From NCBI GenBank assembly GCA_965209035.1, contig OZ242372.1:1344001-1408000 (forward strand): a stretch of 64,000 nt of DNA, given 5' to 3'. This DNA is from Gammaproteobacteria bacterium. Its GTDB lineage: Bacteria > Pseudomonadota > Gammaproteobacteria > CBDBNL01 > JAAOII01. The stretch's first letter is position 1; each line of letters begins with the position of its first letter. Below, one piece after another: positions 31,739 to 41,085 of this stretch. The notes under the pieces were generated by a model. That model did no database searches. It was not told the DNA's origin and saw only the letters and a program-made list of their open reading frames with translations. Made by a program: the position numbers and the translations under genes.

Positions 31739-34639
31739 ATGAAAAAAGTTAAAGATTATTTAAAAACAGGTAACGCCAAATTCACAAGTGGCGATTATGA
31801 AAGTGCGATCAAAGATTATAGCGAAGCGATAAAACTTGAATCCAAAAACTCAGACGTATACAAGAAGCGCGGGAATGCCAAGTTAAAATTAGGATTTCAC
31901 CAAGAAGCACTGTCGGATTATGATCGTGCGATAGAATTGGATCCTAAAAACGCGGCTGCGTTCAACAATAGAGGGATTGTCAAATCAACATTAGGCTTTC
32001 ACCAAGAAGCACTGTCGAATTATGATCGTGCGATAGAATTGGATCCTAAAAATGCGGATGCATACAATAATCGAGGAATTTCCAAGTCGGAATTAGGCTT
32101 TCACAAAGAGGCTTTCTCGGATTATGATCGTGCGATTGAACTTGATTCTAAAAAATTAGATGCATACAAGAATCGAGGGAATGTCAAAATAAAATTAAAT
32201 AGGTTTGAAGATGCTCTTTCAGATTATGATCGTGCGATAGAACTGGCCCCTCAAAATGCTGGTGCATATATTTTGCGAGGAGTGGTCAAGAGAAAATTGA
32301 ATAAATTTGAGGGGGCACTGTTGGATTATGATCGTGCGATTGAACTTGATTCTAAAAACGCGGGTGTGTACAACAAGCGAGGGGTTGTCAAATCAAAATT
32401 GGGTGTTCACAAAGAAGCTCTTTCGGATTATGATCGCGCGATAACATTGGATCCTAAAAACTCCGATATGTACAAGAATCGGGGGAATGCTAAATCAGAA
32501 TTAAAGAGATTTGAAGAGGCGCTGGTGGATTATGATTACTCTATCAAATTTGATCCTGATAACTCAGGCGTATATCATAATCGAGGGAATGTCAAGAGTA
32601 CATTGAACAAATTTGAAGAGGCATTATCGGATTATGATCGTGCGATAGAACTGGATCCTAAAAATGTGATTGCATATGTTGGTCGGGGGAATGTTAAAAG
32701 AAAATTGGGAAAATTTCAGGAGGCCCTTTCAGATTTTGATCGTGCGATAGAATTGGATCCTGAAAATGCACTTGCATATGTTGGTCGGGGGATTGCTAAG
32801 TCAGAATTAGGCTTTCAAAAAGAAGCACTATTAGATCTTGACCGTGCGATAGAACTTGACCCTGAAAATGTGGGTGCACTTAATAATCGTGGGAATGTCA
32901 AAAGTAAATTGGGAAAATTTCAGGAGGCCATTTTAGATTATGATCGTGCGATAGAACTGGATTCTAAAGATGCACTTGCATATAGTGAGCGGGGGGATGC
33001 CAAAATAGAATTAAAGCGGTTTGAAGAGGCATTATCGGATTATGATCGTGCGATAGAACTGGATCCTAAAGATGCGATTGTATATAGTAATCGCGGGAAT
33101 GCCAAAATAGAATTAAAGCGGTTTGAAGAGGCACTATCGGATTATGATCGTGCGATAGAATTGGAGCCTAAGAATGCAGGTGTGTATAACAATAGAGGGA
33201 AGGCCAATTCAGAATTAGGATTTCACAAAGAAGCTCTTGCGGATTATGATCGCGCGAGTGAACTTGAGCCTAAAAATGCGGATGCATACAAGAATCGGGG
33301 GGATGCCAATTCAGTTCTAGGGTTTTATAAAGAAGCCCTTTTGGATTATGGCCTTGCGATAGAACTGGATCCTAAAAATGCGGGGGCATACAATAATCGG
33401 GGAAACGCTAAATTAAAATTAAAGAGGTTTGAAGAAGCCCTTTTAGATTATGATCGTGCGATAGAATTGGATCCAAAAAACACAATTGCACATGGTAGTC
33501 GGGGGAATGCCAAGTCAGAATTAGGTTTTCACAAAGAAGCTCTTTTGGATTATGGTCGTGCAATAGAATTGGATCCTAAAAATGCGGGGGCATACAATAA
33601 TCGGGGAAACGCTAAATTAAAATTAAAGAGCTTTGAAGAGGCATTGTTGGATTATGCCTGTGCGATAGAATTGGAGCCAAAAAATGCGATTGCATATTGT
33701 GGTCAGGGAATTGCTAAAATAGAATTAAAGAGGTTTGAAGAGGCACTGTTGGATTATGCTCGTGCGATAGCATTGGAGCCAAAAAGTGCGATTGCATATT
33801 GTGGTCGGGGGAATGCCAATTCAGCATTAGGGTTTCACAAAGAAGCTCTTGCGGATTATGCTCGTGCGATAGCATTGGAGCCAAAAAGTGCGATTGCATA
33901 TTGTGGTCGGGGGAATGCCAATTCAGCATTAGGGTTTCACAAAGAAGCTCTTGCGGATTATGATCGTGCGATAGAGTTAGACTCTAAAAATGCGGATGCA
34001 TTTAATAATCGGGGGAATGTAAAAATTAAACTCGAGAAATACGATGATGCGATAAAAGACTATAACACAGCATTAGACATAGAACCCGGTGATGAGAAAA
34101 TAATCTACAATCGAGCCTACGCTGCGGTGCTAAAACAATCGAGCGTATACAAAAAGCAATTTGATGAAATAGAAAATGAATATAAAGAGCGCGAAGGAAA
34201 ATATAAGTGCTATTGTCGATGTTTGCGTTTGATCATATCAGTTACTATAATTGCGATTTTATCAGTCCTTATTGGAACTGTATCAGGGTGTTTTAATTTT
34301 TTCTTGCAAGATGTTCATCTATTAACAAGGCTTACCGTTGCTTTTGCAGTTTGTTCTCCGTTGATATGGTCTGTAAGTATTCTTTTGCAGGCAGAGAAGA
34401 GATATCATGCCCTTAAGGAGGATGCGTTCACCAAACGGCAAGTTATCTACCTAATGCGTGCAAATCCTGTGAAGGAGGACCCAGACAGACTGCAGTTGAT
34501 ACAACAATTTATAGAACATCACGAAAAACGCTCCACTGCCGATATTGTGCTAGGTTTTAAGCCGCCAGTAATTCCTCAACAAGAGGCGGTGAAAATAATA
34601 AAGGGAGCAGTTAAGACAGGTATCTCAAGTAGTCAATAG
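31739..34639 (+). CDS. TPR protein (~23 TPRs) with C-terminal two-TM domain
   Basis: 34-aa repeats (AYNNRG..K..L..F.EAL.DYDRAIELDP); two hydrophobic helices, then RYHALKEDAFTKRQ. Confidence 0.9.
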   Translation: MKKVKDYLKTGNAKFTSGDYESAIKDYSEAIKLESKNSDVYKKRGNAKLKLGFHQEALSDYDRAIELDPKNAAAFNNRGIVKSTLGFHQEALSNYDRAIELDPKNADAYNNRGISKSELGFHKEAFSDYDRAIELDSKKLDAYKNRGNVKIKLNRFEDALSDYDRAIELAPQNAGAYILRGVVKRKLNKFEGALLDYDRAIELDSKNAGVYNKRGVVKSKLGVHKEALSDYDRAITLDPKNSDMYKNRGNAKSELKRFEEALVDYDYSIKFDPDNSGVYHNRGNVKSTLNKFEEALSDYDRAIELDPKNVIAYVGRGNVKRKLGKFQEALSDFDRAIELDPENALAYVGRGIAKSELGFQKEALLDLDRAIELDPENVGALNNRGNVKSKLGKFQEAILDYDRAIELDSKDALAYSERGDAKIELKRFEEALSDYDRAIELDPKDAIVYSNRGNAKIELKRFEEALSDYDRAIELEPKNAGVYNNRGKANSELGFHKEALADYDRASELEPKNADAYKNRGDANSVLGFYKEALLDYGLAIELDPKNAGAYNNRGNAKLKLKRFEEALLDYDRAIELDPKNTIAHGSRGNAKSELGFHKEALLDYGRAIELDPKNAGAYNNRGNAKLKLKSFEEALLDYACAIELEPKNAIAYCGQGIAKIELKRFEEALLDYARAIALEPKSAIAYCGRGNANSALGFHKEALADYARAIALEPKSAIAYCGRGNANSALGFHKEALADYDRAIELDSKNADAFNNRGNVKIKLEKYDDAIKDYNTALDIEPGDEKIIYNRAYAAVLKQSSVYKKQFDEIENEYKEREGKYKCYCRCLRLIISVTIIAILSVLIGTVSGCFNFFLQDVHLLTRLTVAFAVCSPLIWSVSILLQAEKRYHALKEDAFTKRQVIYLMRANPVKEDPDRLQLIQQFIEHHEKRSTADIVLGFKPPVIPQQEAVKIIKGAVKTGISSSQ

Positions 34640-34899
34640 GAAAATAAAACGATTTTTATATTGGTGAATATAAAAGATCTTATATCCATTCGATAAAATC
34701 CGGAACAAAAACACAAACTCTGACAATGAAATTGAATTGATAGTGGCCCTAAAAAAAGTAAGATACTTCCTCAATACACATCATCAATTAATCTACCCCC
34801 ATTACCCGATTTTATATCTGCCCTCCAAAACTGGTTGAACCGAGCCAAAGAAAACAAACAACTCTCATTTATATCAAATAACATTACAATAATACTATT

Positions 34900-36708
34900 A
34901 TGAAAAAAGTCGAAGATTATTTAAAAACAGGTGACGCCAAGCTCACAAGTGGCGATTATGAAGGTGCGATCAAAGATTATAGCGAAGCGATAAAACTTGA
35001 TCCTCAAAATTCGGATGCATATAAAAAGCGTGGGAATGCTGAAACAAGTTTGGGAATATTTAAAAATGCTCTTTCAGATTATGATCGAGCGATAGAATTG
35101 AATCCTAAAGAAGCTGGTACATATATTTTGCGGGGGTCGGTCAAGGCTAGTTTGGGCAAGTTTGAAGAGGCACTATCGGATTGTGACCGTGTGATAGAAT
35201 TGAACTCTAAAGAAGTGGGTGCATATATTTTGCGGGGGGCGGTCAAGACTAGTTTGGGCAAGCTTGAAGAGGCACTTTTGGATTGTGATCGAGCGATAAA
35301 GTTGGACTCTCAAAATACAGCTGTATATATTAGCCGAGGGAGTATCAAAATAGCATTAAAGAGGTTTGAAGAAGCATTATCGGATTATGATCGAGCGATA
35401 GAATTAGATTCTAAAGATGCAGAAGCATATCTTGTGCGAGGAGCGGCGAGGAATCAATTGAGCAAGTTTGAAGAGGCATTATCGGATTATGAGCATGCGA
35501 TAGAATTGGATCCTAACAATGCGGATGCATATCTTTTGGGAGGAATGGTCAAGGATAATTTAGGCAATTTTAAAGAGGCTCTTTTGGATTATGACCGTGC
35601 GATAGACCTGGATCCTCAAAATGCTGATGCATACGGCCATCGTGGGTATGTCAAAGGGCAATTGGGAAAAGGCCAAGAAGGACTATTGGATTGTGATCGA
35701 GCGATAAAACTAGATCCTAAAAATGCGGCTGCATACAGTGCTCGTGGTTATATCAAAGGGCAATTGGGAAAAGGCCAAGAAGGACTACTAGATTGTGATC
35801 GAGCGATAGACCTGGATCCTCAAAGTGCCGTTGCATACGATCATCGCGGCAGTGTTAAGAGAATATTAGGAAAGTCGCAAGAAGCCCTTTTGGATCATAC
35901 TTTTGCAATAGAACTTGATTCTAAAAACGCGTCGGCGTACTTTAACAGAGGGTTTCTCAAAGAGGAATTAGAACTCCATAAAGAAGCACTATTGGATTAT
36001 GATCGTGCGATAGAACTGAACCCTAAAAATGTGGGTGCACTTAATAATCGGGGGAATGTAAAACTTAAACTAGAGGAGTATGATGATGCGATAGAGGACT
36101 ATAAAGAAGCATTACGTATAACCCCGGGTGACGAAAAAATAATCCACAATAGAGCCTACGCCTTGGCATTAAAACAGTCAGGTGTATACAAAAAGCAATT
36201 TGATGAAACAGAAAAAGAATATAAAGATCGAGAGGAAAAATATGAGGAGCGTTGTCAATCTTTGCGGAAGGAAAGATTAAAAACTATAAATACGATTAAA
36301 CTAATTCTTTCAATAGGTTTTGGAATTGCGGGAATCGGAGGGATATACTTTTACTGCGTTGAAGAAAATTTTCATCTACTGACAGCGGTGCTCTCAACCC
36401 TTTCCGTTACTTTTGCCCTTTGTTCTCCGTGGGTGTGGTCTGCGAGTATTCTTTTGCGGGAAGAGAGGAAATACCATGCTCTTAAGGAGGATGCGTTTAC
36501 CAAGCGGCAGATTATTTATCTAATGCGTGCAAATCCTGTGCAAGAGGGTCAAGACCGATTGCAGTTGATACGACAATTTATAGAACATCACGAAAAACGC
36601 TCCACAGCCGATATTGTGTTGGGTCTTAATCCGCCTGCAATTCCTCAACAAGAAGTGGTGAAAACAATAAAAGAAGTGGTTAAGACAGGCACCTCAAGTA
36701 GTCAATAG
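34900..36708 (+). CDS. TPR protein paralogue (~12 TPRs) with the same two-TM C-terminal domain
   Basis: Same N-terminus, TPR consensus and tail; flanking non-coding DNA is also duplicated. Confidence 0.9.
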   Translation: MKKVEDYLKTGDAKLTSGDYEGAIKDYSEAIKLDPQNSDAYKKRGNAETSLGIFKNALSDYDRAIELNPKEAGTYILRGSVKASLGKFEEALSDCDRVIELNSKEVGAYILRGAVKTSLGKLEEALLDCDRAIKLDSQNTAVYISRGSIKIALKRFEEALSDYDRAIELDSKDAEAYLVRGAARNQLSKFEEALSDYEHAIELDPNNADAYLLGGMVKDNLGNFKEALLDYDRAIDLDPQNADAYGHRGYVKGQLGKGQEGLLDCDRAIKLDPKNAAAYSARGYIKGQLGKGQEGLLDCDRAIDLDPQSAVAYDHRGSVKRILGKSQEALLDHTFAIELDSKNASAYFNRGFLKEELELHKEALLDYDRAIELNPKNVGALNNRGNVKLKLEEYDDAIEDYKEALRITPGDEKIIHNRAYALALKQSGVYKKQFDETEKEYKDREEKYEERCQSLRKERLKTINTIKLILSIGFGIAGIGGIYFYCVEENFHLLTAVLSTLSVTFALCSPWVWSASILLREERKYHALKEDAFTKRQIIYLMRANPVQEGQDRLQLIRQFIEHHEKRSTADIVLGLNPPAIPQQEVVKTIKEVVKTGTSSSQ

Positions 36709-36886
36709 GAAAACAAAACGATTTTTATATTGGTGAGTATAAAAGACTGATATCCGTTCGATAAAATCCGGAACAGAAACATAAACTCCGGTAATGAAGT
36801 TGAATTGATTGTGGTCCTACAAAAAGTATAATCCGGAATTTAAATGTGCGTCTTTATTTAATTCATCATCATTCCCGGCTCATCTC

Positions 36887-38350
36887 TCATTCCTGGATTA
36901 GAGGTATCGGTACGGCTCGTTTGTAGAATCGATAGAAGCGCCCAATGGGTTCTGGAGTCCAATCAAAATTATCTGCCTTGGATGGATAAAGAATGACACA
37001 GGGCGGGGATACGATCTCCGTCTTGTTGATATCTGCGACATTGCCATTGTCGCCATTTGACTGCAGTTTTTTTGAGACATCCAAGACATAGAAGTGGCGA
37101 GCATAGGCACTGATCTGTCGGATATCGTCGATGATATCTTTCATATGATGTTTTTTCTTCTGGTATTCCTCTCTGTATTTCGCATCAAAAACAACAACCT
37201 CCGCACCGCTTGGTTGCTGTTTCCACCATTTACCGGTCCCCAGCATGTCCACATAAAGAGAATATTTGCCCAACTCATACAACCTCAACCCATATTGATA
37301 TTTCAAACTTCGTCCGTCCCTTGCTTGAATCATTTCTTGCAGCAGGGTTGCGTAGGCATACAACTCAAAGAGTAACGCCATATCGATCCAATAGGGGGGT
37401 GTCTTCCGCTCGGGCGATTGGGAGCGGCTGATGTCCTCGGATAACAGCCGCAGGATCAAGTCCGCAAGTTTCAGTGCTTCTTTATATTCGGGAAAGAGTC
37501 GATGGCGGCGGAGGGTTGTTGAGCGTCGTTGCCGATGGTCTGCCTGATCGGAAACAGAAGCGAACGGTGCCAAACAGAAGGATAATTGCTGTTCTATGTG
37601 TGTGTGCTGCATCCGCATCCGCCGGAGCGACCGCCGTGAAAAGAGTAACGCTTTTTTGAGGATGCGGTTCTCCGGGCAGTCCAAACTAAATTCTTGCCAA
37701 CTGCACCAGACCCTGTCTATGCGTTGATGTCGCAAATGCTCGCGCACACTGGCTCCCACCAACAGCCGTCCTCGGACGCTTGCCGACAACCGTTGTGTCA
37801 CCCGAACATAACCCCGTTTCAAATGCCGACGCACCAACTGCTCGACCAACTGTAAAAAGTGCAGGATGAGTAGCGGGGTCAGATAGTCACTTTTCTGCCG
37901 GTCATTTGGAATGGCAGGGAGGTCTGTTTTTAACTGATAGATACAACCTAAGTGTTGGGCCGCAGCCGGTTGGTTCGCGATCTCCGACACCATCTTTGGA
38001 AAATCAAGGCGGTCAATTTTCGGATTTACTCGCACTGCCAGACTGTTCTTTGCCAGCCAATCCACTCCGATCCAGTATTTGGCTTTTAGGTTATAAGTAT
38101 CCTCGGCACCTTCTTTGCATTCAACAGATATTGGTTCTGCTTGTGTTGTTTCTGATTGTCGATGCCCCGGGGATTTCTTATTGACGAACACAGAACAATC
38201 GGACAGATCCTCCTTCGTCCATAGCAACGGACACTTCTTATCCTCACTCTCTCCATAATGTTCTTTTAGGGTAACGACGGATATGTTGCCGGATTGTTCG
38301 GGCTCACAGTACTTGTCGTCTGTGTTCTCATCCGACGAAGATTGATTCAT
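36887..38350 (-). CDS. mcrC: McrC-like restriction endonuclease subunit
   Basis: DCPENRILKKAL, EYKEALKLA, MALLFELY, PD-(D/E)xK-like VVFDAKY..DIRQISAYAR; downstream of McrB. Confidence 0.85.
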   Translation of the reverse strand: MNQSSSDENTDDKYCEPEQSGNISVVTLKEHYGESEDKKCPLLWTKEDLSDCSVFVNKKSPGHRQSETTQAEPISVECKEGAEDTYNLKAKYWIGVDWLAKNSLAVRVNPKIDRLDFPKMVSEIANQPAAAQHLGCIYQLKTDLPAIPNDRQKSDYLTPLLILHFLQLVEQLVRRHLKRGYVRVTQRLSASVRGRLLVGASVREHLRHQRIDRVWCSWQEFSLDCPENRILKKALLFSRRSLRRMRMQHTHIEQQLSFCLAPFASVSDQADHRQRRSTTLRRHRLFPEYKEALKLADLILRLLSEDISRSQSPERKTPPYWIDMALLFELYAYATLLQEMIQARDGRSLKYQYGLRLYELGKYSLYVDMLGTGKWWKQQPSGAEVVVFDAKYREEYQKKKHHMKDIIDDIRQISAYARHFYVLDVSKKLQSNGDNGNVADINKTEIVSPPCVILYPSKADNFDWTPEPIGRFYRFYKRAVPIPLIQE

Positions 38351-38360
38351 TCCTAATTTT

Positions 38361-40598
38361 TTAGGATATCTTCAATTCTTTAATCTTTTCGGAAGCTTTC
38401 TTTGTTTTCCGGTCTTCGTCTGTTAGGTTGTCGTCGCCGGCATATTCTTCCAGTAGGATACCGTCGCGGACATATTCTTCCAGCAGTGGCTTGATCTCAT
38501 ATTCCAGCCGAAGTCCCAAGTCTGTAGTTTTCTCAACATCGCGCGGTATAAAGTAACTGTGACCGATCATCATATCCTCTTGGTTGAATTCTTTCGACAA
38601 ATGATCATTGAATAGTTTAATAATTTCATTATAAAGATTAATCGCACTAATGTTGTTTTTCTCTACGATTTTTCTTTCGGACGTCACCTTCCTAAAAATG
38701 AAACGCCGGCGAATTGCGTAGTCTATGACACCGACAGAGCGATCGGCGGTGTTCATCGTGCCGATGATATAGAGATTATGAGGAATGATTAAAGTATGGT
38801 CATCCTGTTCTTGATCTTTTTGTGTTGGTTCCGGTTCGCCGGTTTCCGCATCACCTTTCGGTTGTTCGTCATTCTGTTCCGGATCTTCCGGTATTGGATA
38901 GAGTGCCTGCACCGGTTCGCCGCGATACTCCAACGCATAAATTAACTCACCCAATACGGATGACAGGTTGGCACGATTGATTTCGTCAATGATCAATATA
39001 TAAGGATTTTGGGGATACCGTTTGGCAAGTTTCGCCAGTTTTGCAAGGATCTTATTTCGCACTTCATAAGTGATTTTCCCTTCATCGGTCCTGGCAACAA
39101 TACCGCGTACAAAATCCTCGTAGTTGTAAGAGGGATGAAATTGTACCAACTCCATCTGACTCTCATACGCAGGATCTTTAAATTTACCAATCATCTCTTC
39201 CCATTCTTCATCCTCCACGTTGTCCTGTAACCAATGCAACAGCGGCGAACCGTCAACTTCATTACCTTTTAGGCATAGCCATGCCGCCAACTGCTTGGCC
39301 AGCCGAGTTTTGCCGGTTCCGGGAGGCCCGGTTAAAATTAGATTTTTTTGATCTTGTTTCATTTTTTCTATTTTTAGTAAGCGTTCTAATAATTCAAATG
39401 TTTTGGGGTAGGCTTTTTTATAACGATTAATATAACTGCGACCAGTCATCAGTCCTTGTTGTGGCCCCATATCTTTTACGTTGTGTTTTTCTTCTGCCGC
39501 TATCCAGATAACACTAATATAAGCATCTTTTTTCCAGTCATTGCTATAACCATTGTCAGTAACTATACCTATACCATGTGCTGTTTTTGGGCCGATGCGA
39601 CAGAACATGATGTCTCCGCGTTCCGGTTCTTGAACAGGGTATGGGTTACCGCCACCACCATCAGGCCTACTTGTCCAGATACAACTTTGATCGCGAAAGG
39701 ACCATTGCTGTATAGCATTTTTAGTGTATGTGTCCTTCCACCAATCCTTTTTATTTGGGTCATTTTTTGCGTTGGAAGATATCAACCAATATTTATTATG
39801 GATCTTCAGTGGTGTTTGTTTTCCCGCCTGCTTTTTCAGACCGACTAAATACCCGAACAAGTTGATTTCATAAGGATGGCAATCCGGGAAAGGCTTGCGT
39901 AAACTCTCCATCACATCACTGAATTGCAATTTATCTTTTTCTATCTGTTTTCTCACACCATCCTCTGACATGCTACGAATATTCTCGTCTGCTGACAGAT
40001 GTAGCGTGCGGTCGTCAATAGGCAGAAAGACCTTGGGATTGATTAAAAAGAGTGTATGTGTTAAACTGACCAATCCAACTTGATGGCTTTTTAGAATCGT
40101 CTGTTGAATACGCTTATCCCCATCCTCAATGTCGGCATATTCGTCTGCCCGGTAACTGTCACAAAATAAACTCCACAGCCGGTCCAATGCTTTCTGCTCC
40201 TTTAGAGGGGTACTACTATCTGGTTTGCATCTATTTCCCTTATTATGAAAAAGTTTGTTGCGTGAGCTTGCATAGGGATATACTACGTCTTTAATAGTAA
40301 GATTATTATCTTTCCACAATATTTTTGCACACAGTTCGCGCTGCTTTTTAGCTGGGTTGCTGTTGACTGATAGCGCATAAATAAACGAGAAGGGGTCTAT
40401 GCCGGATTTTTTCAAATACTCTGGGTTTACAATGGAATGTTTTTTACCCAAAACCACTTCTTCATGAAAAACTTTCTTTGCCAGTTCCACCATTGCGTTA
40501 TCGAGATCCTCGCTCTTTTTGTGCTTTTCGTACATATCACACAATTCCTTTGCCACAGGGCGAAAGAATTTTATCCAGTCGTATTTGGTAGTAGTCAT
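38361..40598 (-). CDS. mcrB: McrB-like AAA+ GTPase with long N-terminal region
   Basis: GPPGTGKT, QFHPSYNYEDFVRG, IIDEINRAN, MNTADRS, IGHSYF. Confidence 0.92.
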   Translation of the reverse strand: MTTTKYDWIKFFRPVAKELCDMYEKHKKSEDLDNAMVELAKKVFHEEVVLGKKHSIVNPEYLKKSGIDPFSFIYALSVNSNPAKKQRELCAKILWKDNNLTIKDVVYPYASSRNKLFHNKGNRCKPDSSTPLKEQKALDRLWSLFCDSYRADEYADIEDGDKRIQQTILKSHQVGLVSLTHTLFLINPKVFLPIDDRTLHLSADENIRSMSEDGVRKQIEKDKLQFSDVMESLRKPFPDCHPYEINLFGYLVGLKKQAGKQTPLKIHNKYWLISSNAKNDPNKKDWWKDTYTKNAIQQWSFRDQSCIWTSRPDGGGGNPYPVQEPERGDIMFCRIGPKTAHGIGIVTDNGYSNDWKKDAYISVIWIAAEEKHNVKDMGPQQGLMTGRSYINRYKKAYPKTFELLERLLKIEKMKQDQKNLILTGPPGTGKTRLAKQLAAWLCLKGNEVDGSPLLHWLQDNVEDEEWEEMIGKFKDPAYESQMELVQFHPSYNYEDFVRGIVARTDEGKITYEVRNKILAKLAKLAKRYPQNPYILIIDEINRANLSSVLGELIYALEYRGEPVQALYPIPEDPEQNDEQPKGDAETGEPEPTQKDQEQDDHTLIIPHNLYIIGTMNTADRSVGVIDYAIRRRFIFRKVTSERKIVEKNNISAINLYNEIIKLFNDHLSKEFNQEDMMIGHSYFIPRDVEKTTDLGLRLEYEIKPLLEEYVRDGILLEEYAGDDNLTDEDRKTKKASEKIKELKIS

Positions 40599-41085
40599 AA
40601 AGCGTATTTTATGCTATGAAATGAAATGTCGGCACGCGCCGGCGTTCTGCACCTTTGATATTGTTGTAGTAACACTTTGAATGAGACTTATCATTGCTCG
40701 TAAGTTCCGGCCGTAATTAATCAATACCCCCCAAATTGTGTTAAAGTATGGTAAATCATTTTGTTCGGCGGAGAGACTATGTTTAAGGATTAAGAAAATT
40801 AAACTATGCCGACAACAACAATCAACTCAAATCTTTTGACAAGAGCAAGTACTGTGTCCGAAATATCTTTTCGGGCGGGTGTGTTCCCGGGTTTTCCTTT
40901 TTCCACCAGATCATATCGCATCCCATCCCACGCCAAGTTTTGTTGCGACCTTGCCGCGATCACGCAATGATGCGAATGCACTTTTGTGAGGATCACAAAA
41001 TCCCGGACGAGTGCATGCGTGCTTTGACCTTGCCGATATATTTCGTCTGCCGGGGGCTTGAAGTTTTTCTTTGCGAACTCGAACT

